Below are positions 19,247 to 28,679 of a stretch of 64,000 nt of DNA, one piece after another; positions within the stretch are counted from its first letter, which is position 1, and every line of letters starts with the position of its first letter. The DNA is taken from positions 1 through 64,000 of IMG/VR virus record IMGVR_UViG_3300050821_024094. One strand, written 5' to 3'. The stretch comes from a virus. Below the pieces are notes generated by a model that saw only the letters and a program-made list of their open reading frames with translations, was not told where the DNA came from and did not search any database. The translations under genes and the position numbers were made by a program.

Positions 19247-19692
19247 GGAGACACTGGCCCCGTGGTGAAGAGAACGCCGTTCTGACCGACGGCCATCAGG
19301 AACCGCGTCGTGGCGTTTTCGGAGACCGAATAGTCGCCGAGGTGCCCGCGCGGGTAAAAGATGCCGATCATCTCGATCGTGAACTGGCCGTCCTGGTTCG
19401 CGTCGACGATGTTGAACTGCGTCACGCGAAACCCGGGTTCCCAGTTCTGCAAGGCGACCGCGATGGCGCTGTAGAATCGCGCGAAGGTCTCGCGGTTGCC
19501 CGGCTTGTCGATCAGGCTCGGAACATCGCTGCCATAGTTGAGCAGCATGACGCGCGTGTTGAAGCGCGTCGTGAGAATGTCCCAGATCGACTGGACGCAA
19601 TGAGCAAAGCCGTAGAGCAGCTTGCCCGTGAGCTTGTTGGTGCCTACCCGCTCACCGGCAACCGCTGAAGCAGTCGGGTTCAGCGCGGGCAT
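19243..19692 (-). CDS. gpW/gp25-like baseplate protein
   Basis: H..QSI.DILTT, RVM...YGS, WEP. Confidence 0.9.
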   Translation of the reverse strand: MPALNPTASAVAGERVGTNKLTGKLLYGFAHCVQSIWDILTTRFNTRVMLLNYGSDVPSLIDKPGNRETFARFYSAIAVALQNWEPGFRVTQFNIVDANQDGQFTIEMIGIFYPRGHLGDYSVSENATTRFLMAVGQNGVLFTTGPVSP

Positions 19693-19695
19693 AGG

Positions 19696-19926
19696 TCACC
19701 TCAGCACTTGGCTCTTGGGAAGGAGCGGCTTTGGCGCGGCGGCCTTTGCCACCGGATCGGTGGGCCGCACGATCCATCCGTAGATGGCCGGGTACTTCGC
19801 CTGCTCGTCCGTCATGCGGATCGATTGCCCGCTGACGTACCAGGTCGTGCCGACAAAGCCGTCGCCGACCTTGATGAAGTCTTTCTTCGCAGCGAGGTTG
19901 CCGCGCGGGGTCTTCTTCGGGGCCAT
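19696..19926 (-). CDS. Hypothetical protein
   Basis: ORF from MAPKKTP, in line with the baseplate operon. Confidence 0.5.
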   Translation of the reverse strand: MAPKKTPRGNLAAKKDFIKVGDGFVGTTWYVSGQSIRMTDEQAKYPAIYGWIVRPTDPVAKAAAPKPLLPKSQVLR

Positions 19927-20033
19927 CGTTGTCACCCTGGTTGAGAGTCTGTGGGAATCTTCGCAAGCCGTGCTGGTACGCATTCACAGCTTCGTGGCGC
20001 GATTGTAGGTTTCGACCCTGAGAGGTTCGGAAC

Positions 20034-20312
20034 ATGAAAGCAGTTATTTGCGCTTGCCTTGCGGTCGCGGCACTAGCTTCGATCAGCGTCAGCTACGGTC
20101 AAGCACCGCCGGATATAGAGCGCGCCGGCAATCCCGAGACTCGCGACGAGGGCAGCATGGCCCACCATCCCATCGACAGGCCCATGCCCGGCCAGCCAGG
20201 GAAGCCCAAAGGCGAAGTTTCCCGCGATCGCGAACGTAGCCATCAAGAAGCTGAGTCTCCCGCTTCCCGCAGGCCGGACAGAAAGAACATGCCGACCGGA
20301 ACTGGGTTCTAG
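20034..20312 (+). CDS. Small secreted protein on the opposite strand (moron-like)
   Basis: Signal peptide MKAVICACLAVAALAS; RBS GAGG. Confidence 0.5.
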   Translation: MKAVICACLAVAALASISVSYGQAPPDIERAGNPETRDEGSMAHHPIDRPMPGQPGKPKGEVSRDRERSHQEAESPASRRPDRKNMPTGTGF

Positions 20313-20941
20313 CCTGGTTTAGCGAAGGTTTTCTTCGCTGGCCCCGTGAGCGTGACAACCTTTGGCAGGTTGGTATCGCTCTTGTCGTCGAGCCCGAGGT
20401 TGGTCGTGCCGACCGTTGCGATCGCGGTAGAGGTCAGTGTGATCGAGCTCTCGTCCATGACGATCGTCGAGTTGCCGACCTTGAGCGTGATCTTCGCCTC
20501 TTCGAGCAGAACGGAGGCCTTGTCGCCGATCTTGTGCTCGATCGTCTTGCCCTTCATCCGCGAGACAGCGCCGTCGCCGTTCATGCGAACGTAGTCGTCG
20601 TCGTCGCTGTCGGGCTTGGTGTTGTCGTCGGTGAAGTGGCCGGCAACGACGATTGCGCTCTCCGGCGTTCCGGATGGCGAGATGACGGTGACTTGCTGGC
20701 CGACGACGGGGAGTGTCTTGGTCTTCAGGCTGCCGGAGCCGGAGCCCGCGAGCTCAACCCAGTAGAGCCAGTCGGTCTTGTTGGGATCGGCATCGTCGTC
20801 CGCCATGCCGTCATCGACGCGCACCATGCGCTTTGCTTTGTCGACGTCGGTGACGAGACCTTGATAAACGGTGCGGCGGACCCGCCGTTCGAGCTCCTCG
20901 ATGCGCCGCATGAGCTGCGCGATCGGATCGGTTTGGCTCAT
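20309..20941 (-). CDS. Baseplate spike gpV-like protein
   Basis: G.VTDVD, TDWL.W, P.VGQQV.VISPSG. Confidence 0.88.
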   Translation of the reverse strand: MSQTDPIAQLMRRIEELERRVRRTVYQGLVTDVDKAKRMVRVDDGMADDDADPNKTDWLYWVELAGSGSGSLKTKTLPVVGQQVTVISPSGTPESAIVVAGHFTDDNTKPDSDDDDYVRMNGDGAVSRMKGKTIEHKIGDKASVLLEEAKITLKVGNSTIVMDESSITLTSTAIATVGTTNLGLDDKSDTNLPKVVTLTGPAKKTFAKPG

Positions 20942-21498
20942 TGAGTGACCGTGATCGTGTCAGGATCAGGCGACGTGGTGTCGCCATCGATGCTTGCGTG
21001 GGTGGTCACGCTTGGGAACACGAACGTCTGGCCTTGTTGGACCTGCATGAGCTGCGAGGCGTAGTCGGTGCCGATCGCGAGCTGGCAGACCCAGGCGACG
21101 CCCATGATGCAGATTTGATTCTTGTCCTGAGCCGTCGACCACAAGTTCTCGATCTCGATCTTGTCGGCCGGAAAGCCCGAGGCGTTGAAGTAGTTCCACT
21201 GGGCAAGAGCCGCGACCGCTTCCGCGATCGTCCAGCCCTCGACGTCGGCTTGCGCTCCGCGATCACCGCGCGTGGCGATGAAGACGCCGACGTGAACGTC
21301 GAAGAGCACCGTGCCGTCAGGCAGTTTCTCGTGAGCGGGAGCACCGAGCACCGCCACATAGGCGGCCGGCGACTTCATCGAGAGCCGCTCGAAGTCTTCC
21401 AGCGTGAATTTTCCGGGATGGGGCAGGACGTCCTTCAAGTTCGTGAACGAGGTCTTGAGCTTGTCGATGACCTTGCCGCGGTATTCGATGATGCTCAT
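20938..21498 (-). CDS. Mu gp37-like tail terminator protein
   Basis: HPGKF, PAAYVA; position after the gpG-like gene. Confidence 0.65.
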   Translation of the reverse strand: MSIIEYRGKVIDKLKTSFTNLKDVLPHPGKFTLEDFERLSMKSPAAYVAVLGAPAHEKLPDGTVLFDVHVGVFIATRGDRGAQADVEGWTIAEAVAALAQWNYFNASGFPADKIEIENLWSTAQDKNQICIMGVAWVCQLAIGTDYASQLMQVQQGQTFVFPSVTTHASIDGDTTSPDPDTITVTQ

Positions 21499-21543
21499 GC
21501 GGTTGACCTCATCCAAAGCTCCAGGCGGCACGTAAGAGTCGGC

Positions 21544-21648
21544 ATGTGGCTTTTGTTGCTGCTCCTAATCGTGCTGCTTTACCCACCTCCCCTGTGGGTG
21601 AGCGTGCCGGCTCTTTTCATCGTGTATTGGGCCACCAAGGGCTCGTGA
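21544..21648 (+). CDS. 34-aa hydrophobic peptide
   Basis: MWLLLLLLIVLLYPPPLWVSVPALFIVYWATKGS; shares an 18-bp start region with the next ORF. Confidence 0.5.
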   Translation: MWLLLLLLIVLLYPPPLWVSVPALFIVYWATKGS

Positions 21649-21676
21649 AACCGGGTGATCAAGAGGAAGAGTCGGC

Positions 21677-21787
21677 ATGTGGCTGAAATGGGCCTTCGCG
21701 CTGATGTTCCTTGCCGCGCTGATCCATCCCGGTGTGGGATTGCCGGGGATCGTGTTCGTGATCGCCCTCGCGTTCCTCACGGACTAG
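21677..21787 (+). CDS. 36-aa hydrophobic peptide
   Basis: MWLKWAFALMFLAALIHPGVGLPGIVFVIALAFLTD; RBS AGAGGAAG. Confidence 0.5.
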   Translation: MWLKWAFALMFLAALIHPGVGLPGIVFVIALAFLTD

Positions 21788-21800
21788 CAGCGCGTTACCG

Positions 21801-22271
21801 TCACGCGGCGATCCCAATCAGCCGATGAACCCAGGCGTTGACGACCTGGTGGATTTCGACCTCGTTGCGTGCGGAGAAGCCCATGACGACGCGGGCGACC
21901 ATCTTGGATGTACCGAATTGATGGAACGGCAGGTAGAGCACGCCCTTGCCGCGTGACGACGTTGCGGTGTTTCGCATGCGAACGTTGTCAGCGCCGTAGG
22001 CGAGGCTCCAGGAGCGAGCCATCTTGCCGCTCTCGACCAGGATGTTCGCGTTGCCCTTGCGCTTGACCGTGTCCGGCTTGAGCGGAGCCCAGCGCCCGCC
22101 ATCGGGCGAGGTCTTTTCAGAGAGCACCCGCCTGGTGTGTTGCTTCGCGATCAGCGCGCCGAGCTGGCGAAGTAGGCTCGCCTTGCCCATGCCGGAGGTC
22201 GGCCGCGCGAGCCGGACCACCATCCGTTCAACCGGCGCGAGACCGATGATCTCGGCGGAGAACAGCGACAT
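21801..22271 (-). CDS. Virion morphogenesis protein (Mu gpG / P2 gpS-like)
   Basis: SPDG..WAPL, IL..SG.M..S, HQFG, R..MG.S. Confidence 0.88.
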   Translation of the reverse strand: MSLFSAEIIGLAPVERMVVRLARPTSGMGKASLLRQLGALIAKQHTRRVLSEKTSPDGGRWAPLKPDTVKRKGNANILVESGKMARSWSLAYGADNVRMRNTATSSRGKGVLYLPFHQFGTSKMVARVVMGFSARNEVEIHQVVNAWVHRLIGIAA

Positions 22272-22275
22272 TGGC

Positions 22276-22698
22276 TCACACCCGGATTGACTTGACGATG
22301 TTGCCTGCGCCGACGTTCGTGCCTTCCGCCGGGGACGGGTCGTTCGGGCTCGAGTCCTCGCGGACGCCGAGACCGGCTTGGCCTTTTGCGATCATCGCGA
22401 GGTGCTTGCGCCAGCTATCCGCGCGGCGCTGGAGCTCCTCGAACATCTTGTCCGCCGTGAGTGCAGCGGAGTAGAGCGCGAGGTCGATGTTGATGTTGCG
22501 CAGGATCAGCGGGGTCGGATTGACCGGCACCGGGAAGCGCGTCGAGACGTAGCTGTCGATCTCGGCCGCCGAGTCCTCCAGCGCCCGATCGAGCTTCGTG
22601 TAGTCGGGCGCCGAGGTGTCCTTCTCCCAGCAGACGCGGTCGACGGTCTCGGCCTCATAGCGAGCCAGCACGTCGTCGCGCGTTGCATAGGCGGACAT
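22276..22698 (-). CDS. Mu gp36 / DUF1320-like head-tail adaptor
   Basis: YAT..D, ALED..AEIDSY...RF..P, L..IAKG. Confidence 0.88.
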   Translation of the reverse strand: MSAYATRDDVLARYEAETVDRVCWEKDTSAPDYTKLDRALEDSAAEIDSYVSTRFPVPVNPTPLILRNINIDLALYSAALTADKMFEELQRRADSWRKHLAMIAKGQAGLGVREDSSPNDPSPAEGTNVGAGNIVKSIRV

Positions 22699-22701
22699 GG
22701 A

Positions 22702-22851
22702 TCAATCTCCGGGGCTGGGAGCCTTTTCGAAATCGCCGCAGAGCGTCTCGACGATGTAGGCGCTCTCGTCATCGATATCGAAGCGCTCTAGCCGACGACG
22801 CACCGGAGGCTTGCGCCAGCGTGTTCGACTTGATCGCACTCGCGCCTTCAT
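22702..22851 (-). CDS. 49-aa hypothetical protein (not in ORF track)
   Basis: MKARVRSSRTRWRK...SPGD; RBS GGAG; fills the operon gap. Confidence 0.4.
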   Translation of the reverse strand: MKARVRSSRTRWRKPPVRRRLERFDIDDESAYIVETLCGDFEKAPSPGD

Positions 22852-22879
22852 GGTGAAGCTCCGCTACGGCACGGGCAGC

Positions 22880-23281
22880 TTACTTCTTGGACCTGGCAGG
22901 CTTGCCGGGCGCCGGACCTGCGCCGCGTTCATCGCCGTTCGCCAGCGGGTCGCCGTCCGTCTTCATCGCGACAGGTGGCGGAAGCAGAGGCGTCACGCCG
23001 TCGTTGCGGAGCAGCTCGACGTCGCTTGGGTCGGGATCAACGGGAGCCACGACAACGGAGCCAGGCTCCGGCCGCGTCAGCACTTCCTCGATCTCCACCA
23101 TCTGCGCGTCGAAGTCGTCTTGCGTGATCTTGCCGTCTGCGAGGTCGCGCTTGATCTCGGTCTGCCGCTGGTGCGCGTGACGCACCGCATTGTTGTAGTC
23201 GCGGACGGGATTGCCGATCGAGCGAGCCTTCGCTGCCTCGAAGCGCTTCGACCATCCGCGCGGATTACCAATCGTTGCCAT
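22880..23281 (-). CDS. Hypothetical head-region protein
   Basis: ORF with RBS AGGAG. Confidence 0.55.
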   Translation of the reverse strand: MATIGNPRGWSKRFEAAKARSIGNPVRDYNNAVRHAHQRQTEIKRDLADGKITQDDFDAQMVEIEEVLTRPEPGSVVVAPVDPDPSDVELLRNDGVTPLLPPPVAMKTDGDPLANGDERGAGPAPGKPARSKK

Positions 23282-23344
23282 GAGTGCTCCTGCATCACGA
23301 GAACGGGGGGGGCGCCATATGAGGGCGGCCCCGGTCTCGGACTA

Positions 23345-23773
23345 TTAAGTGACGACGCCGGTGGACGAGTCGATGATCGTCCAGTGCGCGCCACGATGCT
23401 CGACAAGGAGCCACGCGCCAGCGGTCGTGAGCGCCACCGCGGTGATCGTGCCTCCGTTGTAGAGGTACGTCTTGTCCACGGAGACGGTGTCGGTCGCGTG
23501 CGCGATCGAGGCGCACTTGAGGAGATGACGCTGCCCAATGATGCCGTTGGAGGCCGGGTTCGGGAGCTGCGCCACTTGGGCCGCGATGCCGGCGCCATCC
23601 GTGGTCAGGAGGATTTGGTAGGCGTCGACCGGCAGAGCGGTCGCCGCGAGATGCGACACGGTGACATTCTCGGCGTCCTGGAGGAGTTCGGGCGCCGCGT
23701 CGAGATAGTCGTAGAACGCCTTGAGCGTCGCCGACATGTGCGTTCTGTCGAACGTAGTGCGATATGCGGTCAT
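23345..23773 (-). CDS. Putative capsid decoration protein
   Basis: Beta-rich ORF directly downstream of the capsid gene. Confidence 0.5.
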   Translation of the reverse strand: MTAYRTTFDRTHMSATLKAFYDYLDAAPELLQDAENVTVSHLAATALPVDAYQILLTTDGAGIAAQVAQLPNPASNGIIGQRHLLKCASIAHATDTVSVDKTYLYNGGTITAVALTTAGAWLLVEHRGAHWTIIDSSTGVVT

Positions 23774-23862
23774 GGTTCACCTTCAAAGAGTTGGTTGGGG
23801 AGGGGCAGGCCCCTCCCCGGCTCTTGAAAGCCGCTGGAAACGGCTCCGCGAGCAGATCGGCG

Positions 23863-24849
23863 TTACGAGCCGAGCTTGTGTTTAAAGATGACGGCGCGGA
23901 TCAGCTTGTGATCGTACACCTTCGTCCAGTTGCCGCTGTCCGCGAGCTCCGTGTTCGCCGGAGTGGGGTTCGGCGCGGTGGCACCGACGGGCGTGGCAGG
24001 AATGCCGTTCTGCGGGGTCCACTTCACACCGCGCGTGTGCATGCAGAGCCAGCGACGATGGACGAGCCACTCGCTACCAGCACCGACGAGCGCGCGACGC
24101 TCGATCTCGACCGGGCGACGCGGCGATGCGGTCGCATAACCGATGGCGCCTGGCCCAAAGATGTAGGTCTGGTAGACGCCGCTCACCTTCGGCATGGTGT
24201 CGTCGACCAGGACGAACTTGCCCTGGTAGACCGGGATGTCTTCGCCGCCATCAGACGGCTTGATGAAGTCGATGAGGTCCTGCTTCTTCATCGTCTTGTA
24301 GGTGTCCGAGTGGACAGCCACACCGGCCAGCGCGTCCTGGTGATCACCAAGCACGCCGCAGGCGTCGATGAAGGAGTGCGGATCGAAGTTCGCCGCCGAG
24401 CCCGTGAGGATGGAGATATCGGAAACGTTCTCGGTCACCTTGCCGATCTGGCCGGCAACGGCGCTGAGCAGGATGTGCTGCTCGGCGCGAACCCAGAAGG
24501 CCGCGAAGCGGTTGGCGATCACCGCCATCGGGTCTGCGCCGGTGAGGTCGGCCGAGAGGTCCGACGCGCCGAACGCCTTGGCGCGGCCGAGCTTCACAGC
24601 GACGTCGAGGCCGGAAGTGACATTGTTCACTGTCAGGTCGAGCGTGTCGTTCATGACGTCATCCGACCCGGGCAGGTCGTTGAAGAACGGCATGTTGACG
24701 GTGACGCCGCCCATCTGAGGCATGAGCTCAGCGGTCAGGTCGATGAGGATGCCGCTCTGACGGAAGCGCGACAGTTCCGTGGTCTTGACGAGCACGTAAC
24801 GATCGAACACCTCCGGGATGATTAGGTCGGAGAGGAGGGTCTCAGCCAT
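23863..24849 (-). CDS. Major capsid protein (SPP1 gp13-like coat type)
   Basis: LSDLIIPEVF, QSGI, MPFFNDL, G.DPM..I, VDD.MP, H.RG.KW, NW.KVYD.K. Confidence 0.9.
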   Translation of the reverse strand: MAETLLSDLIIPEVFDRYVLVKTTELSRFRQSGILIDLTAELMPQMGGVTVNMPFFNDLPGSDDVMNDTLDLTVNNVTSGLDVAVKLGRAKAFGASDLSADLTGADPMAVIANRFAAFWVRAEQHILLSAVAGQIGKVTENVSDISILTGSAANFDPHSFIDACGVLGDHQDALAGVAVHSDTYKTMKKQDLIDFIKPSDGGEDIPVYQGKFVLVDDTMPKVSGVYQTYIFGPGAIGYATASPRRPVEIERRALVGAGSEWLVHRRWLCMHTRGVKWTPQNGIPATPVGATAPNPTPANTELADSGNWTKVYDHKLIRAVIFKHKLGS

Positions 24850-24918
24850 GTTCTTGTTCTTCTCTTGAGACATGAGAGGCGCCAGCGGCCCCTCTCAGTG
24901 GCGGGATGGGTGGTCCGA

Positions 24919-25749
24919 TTACGCCACGCCGGCCTGCGCTTTGAGCGCGGCAGCAAGTGTCGGATCGGCGCGCGTGATGCGCATTTGCTCAGTGAGGTTC
25001 TCGGTGGGTTTCATCCAGGGGTTGGCTTTGGTGCCACTTCCCAGATTTCCGTTGCCGCTACCGGACGCGCCTGACCCGGAGTTCCCCGATGCTTCGAAGG
25101 CTCGCCCGAACTTCGGGTCCACCTTGAGCTTCTTGACGAGGTCCGTGATCGTCGAGTTGACGGGCTTGCCGTCCTTGATCGTGATGTCCGGGTTCCCGTT
25201 GGAGTCGAGCACTTGGACGCTGAAATGCCCGTCAGTCTCCACGACCTTGAGGCGTGGCTTGATGACGCCGAGCAGAAGCTCGGGGACGCCCTTCTCTTCG
25301 ATGATCGCCGTCGATGCATGGCTTTCGACCAGAAGTCGGGTGATCTCGCCGGAGAGCTGGCCTTCACGCTTGTCGCGCTTGCCAATTTCGTCGGTGTGCG
25401 ACTTGGTCAACTCCGTGACCTGGGCCTCCACTCGCGCTGCCGCGAGACGGTCGGCTTCGGACGCCGGGTCGATCTTCTTCAGACGTTCCAGATCAGCCAG
25501 TTGGGTCCGCAGCGTCTTGGGTGCTGGGAGACCCTTGTAGCCTTCGAGGGCGGCCTTGGCGCTGTCGAGCTCGCCTTTGGTGGATGCGAATGCGGACTTG
25601 AGACCATCGACGTTTTCGAGGGTCAGTCCGTTCACAGGCTCCACGGCGAGAATGAACTTGCCGGCGTTGTCGCCTTCGGTGACCGGGACGTAGAGAAGCT
25701 TGGTCGCGTCGTCGAGATTGTCGAGGGAATCGACAAGAGCTTTCAGCAT
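24919..25749 (-). CDS. Capsid scaffolding protein
   Basis: Coiled-coil, GSGA linker, NPW and NLTEQ tail; just upstream of capsid. Confidence 0.8.
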   Translation of the reverse strand: MLKALVDSLDNLDDATKLLYVPVTEGDNAGKFILAVEPVNGLTLENVDGLKSAFASTKGELDSAKAALEGYKGLPAPKTLRTQLADLERLKKIDPASEADRLAAARVEAQVTELTKSHTDEIGKRDKREGQLSGEITRLLVESHASTAIIEEKGVPELLLGVIKPRLKVVETDGHFSVQVLDSNGNPDITIKDGKPVNSTITDLVKKLKVDPKFGRAFEASGNSGSGASGSGNGNLGSGTKANPWMKPTENLTEQMRITRADPTLAAALKAQAGVA

Positions 25750-26036
25750 TGCTTGATCCTGGGATTGAGGCGTCGCCTCGGTGACCGGATGCAGTCCGGC
25801 GGCAGGGAGCGCTCGGCTCCTGTGACCGGCATGACGGGCCGGCAGAACGCCGCACGCTTGGGGCTCGCCCTACGTGCAGGCCGTCAGAGACGGGGAAGAA
25901 TGGGCCGATCTCGCTAGGGAGACACGGCGCTTGGTTGAAGAAAGAACAGCGAAAATAGCCGCTATAAAAAAATGCGAATATGCAACTACCACAGGAAGGG
26001 TCCATCCTCGCATGGTTGGTCTACTGCGAGGTCGCC

Positions 26037-26213
26037 ATGACTCCCCACGAACTGCCAAAAGATGATCTCATCGAAATTGAGATCGGTAAGAATCAACGAG
26101 TGCGGATTGTCGGAAAGTTCGCGCTCGTGTCGGCCACAATCATCGCGGTCGCCGCACCCCTCAGTGGGATACTGAAGATCGCGTTCGGCCACATACTAAC
26201 GTTGTTTCGGTGA
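26037..26213 (+). CDS. Small membrane protein
   Basis: RBS GAGG; hydrophobic C-terminal half. Confidence 0.45.
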   Translation: MTPHELPKDDLIEIEIGKNQRVRIVGKFALVSATIIAVAAPLSGILKIAFGHILTLFR

Positions 26214-26236
26214 TCAAGGTGCCGCGCTAACGCCAG

Positions 26237-26935
26237 CTACGCAAAATGTCGATACAGGTAGTCGATGCCGAAGAGGGCGGCGATGATGATGGTGACGAGA
26301 CCGCCGTAGACTAATGAATTCTGAATAGCTTTAAAGATCGCGTAGACGCGCAGCGGATGAAAGGGAACACCGATATATCGCAGAAACCACATTGTTCGAT
26401 GGTTCAGGTACATCAGAATAGACGGCGTAGGGACATCTAGCCTGAAGAAAGGAGAATGAGCTTTAAGCTCTCTCCAAGTCGCATCCGCCCACTCTTCCAA
26501 CTGCATTTTTCTACGGTTTCTTTCCTCTTCGCTCAATCCACGTTCTTCCAGCCTGTGGTACATGAGAGCCATCTGATCATTCGCGTCCACGCCCATCAAA
26601 TACCGTTGGTATTCCCGCTTGCTCAACGAGACTCCGCGCCCGCCTGAAAATACAACCACGCCCAGAACGTCATAGATGAGTGGTGGCAGGGGCGGCAGAT
26701 GCAGCTTCTGCACAAGGACGTGGACGAACTCACGATAGCCCGCGATCCAGTCCGATACGCGATGCCCAAATTCAACCAAGATCGGCCTGTGCGACAGTGG
26801 TACCTGTGCAACGCACCAATCCCAGGCGTCGATAACAAACTGCAACTTCGACAGAATGCTCACGAAACCGTGCAGCGCCCATACCGCAGACGCCAAGCCG
26901 AAAATCCACGCGGCGATCGTGCGCACGTTGGTCAC
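26237..26935 (-). CDS. Membrane protein, tandem paralog 3
   Basis: GTG start overlapping the previous stop; ends ALFGIDYLYRHFA. Confidence 0.8.
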   Translation of the reverse strand: MTNVRTIAAWIFGLASAVWALHGFVSILSKLQFVIDAWDWCVAQVPLSHRPILVEFGHRVSDWIAGYREFVHVLVQKLHLPPLPPLIYDVLGVVVFSGGRGVSLSKREYQRYLMGVDANDQMALMYHRLEERGLSEEERNRRKMQLEEWADATWRELKAHSPFFRLDVPTPSILMYLNHRTMWFLRYIGVPFHPLRVYAIFKAIQNSLVYGGLVTIIIAALFGIDYLYRHFA

Positions 26936-27621
26936 GCGAAATGTCGGTACAGGTAGTCGATCCCGAAAAGGGCGGCGATCACGAGCGCGACGAGGCCGCT
27001 GTAGAACGACGCCGTGATGGCCTGCGCAACGACCCTTGTTAGAGGTCCTAACAAGCTGATCAGTAGGGACGAGCCTGCAATTTTTTGTAAGACCCCAAGC
27101 TGCCATCGTAAAGCGATGCCGCTTGCCCGGCGATACAAGGAATATTTCATCACCGACGAAAACGGAAAGTCCAGCTCACGCATCTTCCTCATTCTATCGG
27201 CCTTAGAATCGGCCTCAGACATTGAGTTTATTATCTCTTCAGCCCTACGTCTGTCAGCAGCGCGAGTTTCGTCGTATGCCTTCATGTACCGCTTTTCGGC
27301 GAGGTTTGTAATCCACCGGCCTCTGGCCATCGAAAAGGCGGCAATGCCAGCCCAGTCATAGATCAACTGTGGCAGCTTCGGCAGATGCAGCATCTGGACC
27401 AGCCCATGCACCAGAGCACGATAGCCAGTCACCAATTGCGATATCAGCTTGCCGATTGTCAGCGCGACCGTCTTCACCGTCAGTGGTGCATGATTCGCGG
27501 ACCAGTCGAGGCTGTCGACAACGAATCCAAGTCGAGAAAGCGTGCTGAAGGTGCCGAAGATTGCCCAGACAAACAGCGCAATGCCGATCACCCAACTGGC
27601 GTACTTGCGGATGCTCGTCAT
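26932..27621 (-). CDS. Membrane protein, tandem paralog 2
   Basis: ATGA overlap; ends ALFGIDYLYRHFA. Confidence 0.8.
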   Translation of the reverse strand: MTSIRKYASWVIGIALFVWAIFGTFSTLSRLGFVVDSLDWSANHAPLTVKTVALTIGKLISQLVTGYRALVHGLVQMLHLPKLPQLIYDWAGIAAFSMARGRWITNLAEKRYMKAYDETRAADRRRAEEIINSMSEADSKADRMRKMRELDFPFSSVMKYSLYRRASGIALRWQLGVLQKIAGSSLLISLLGPLTRVVAQAITASFYSGLVALVIAALFGIDYLYRHFA

Positions 27622-28244
27622 GCGAAGTGCCGATAGAGGAAGTCGATGCCGAAAAGGGCGGCGAGGATGATGGCGACGGTGCCACAGTAAACGAACGAGA
27701 CGATCAATCTTGCGCGATATCGATCTAAATTGGTGTCAAGATGCGAGGTTTTGGAATATAGCCAACGTGATAACTGAAGAAGTAACAATGGAGAAGGGTC
27801 GTCGCGCATTTGCCCACGAGCACTGTACATTTCGGCCTCTTCCTTTGTTATCTCCGAATAGTCGTTCTTAGAAATTGCGGTTTCAATCTTTTGACGCCGT
27901 AATGCCAGCCTCTCGTGTTCTTTCAAAGCATCTCGGCGCTGAAGCCACTCTCCGCGCTTAATCGAAAACACTTCGAGCACGAGCACGTCATAAGCTTCCT
28001 GCGGCAAGCGCGGCAGCCGCAACATCTCGACTAAGCCGTGGACGAACTCGCGGTAGCCTCCGACGATCCCGGACACGTTTTTGCCAACCGCAAGCGCGAC
28101 AGCTCTGATGGAGATCGGAACTTGATCGACTGACCACGTCCAGCCGTCGACGAGGAACTTCAGCTCAGAGAAGATGCTGAAGGCCGACACCGTCGCCCAG
28201 CAGAACAGCACAATGCCGATCACCCAGCCAATAAACTTGAGCAT
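27618..28244 (-). CDS. Membrane protein, tandem paralog 1
   Basis: Start MLKFIGW with RBS; ends ALFGIDFLYRHFA. Confidence 0.8.
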   Translation of the reverse strand: MLKFIGWVIGIVLFCWATVSAFSIFSELKFLVDGWTWSVDQVPISIRAVALAVGKNVSGIVGGYREFVHGLVEMLRLPRLPQEAYDVLVLEVFSIKRGEWLQRRDALKEHERLALRRQKIETAISKNDYSEITKEEAEMYSARGQMRDDPSPLLLLQLSRWLYSKTSHLDTNLDRYRARLIVSFVYCGTVAIILAALFGIDFLYRHFA

Positions 28245-28280
28245 GCGCTTCCCCCACGATACGGTCACCATACCAGGGGC

Positions 28281-28658
28281 ATGAGAAACGCCACAATGAT
28301 CCGGTACAATATTTCGCTACCAGTGGTGTCGGCAGTTCTATTGCTCATAGCGTGCACGACGGCGGCACCAGCATACGAATGCTCGCAGGCCACTTTTCAA
28401 AGGGCTCGGCCAAAAGTGCAGCTATTATTCGGGGCAGGCATCCTACAAAACATGCCGAATCCCGAAGCTAGTCTTAGTGTTCTTGTAGCCGAGAACTATT
28501 GGGCGCGAATGACGTATCCGGAAAAGCAGAGGTTTGCCGACGAATTTGTGTGTGCCATTGCTGGGGCGGGCAAGGGACTCTTAAGTCTGAGTTTCAAATC
28601 CTTGATGAGCGGGAAGACGATCGGGGAATGGTCGGCTGGAACGCTTACCATCCCATAA
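28281..28658 (+). CDS. Exported hypothetical protein (lower-GC moron)
   Basis: Signal-like N-terminus; divergent from the paralog array. Confidence 0.55.
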   Translation: MRNATMIRYNISLPVVSAVLLLIACTTAAPAYECSQATFQRARPKVQLLFGAGILQNMPNPEASLSVLVAENYWARMTYPEKQRFADEFVCAIAGAGKGLLSLSFKSLMSGKTIGEWSAGTLTIP

Positions 28659-28679
28659 GACCGTGCACGGGGAAATACA

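Noticed and set aside
139-25917. Long plus-strand ORFs opposite structural genes (e.g. 139-1314, 9283-11016, 14228-15562)
   Set aside because: Antisense shadows of GC-rich coding sequence with no recognisable motifs
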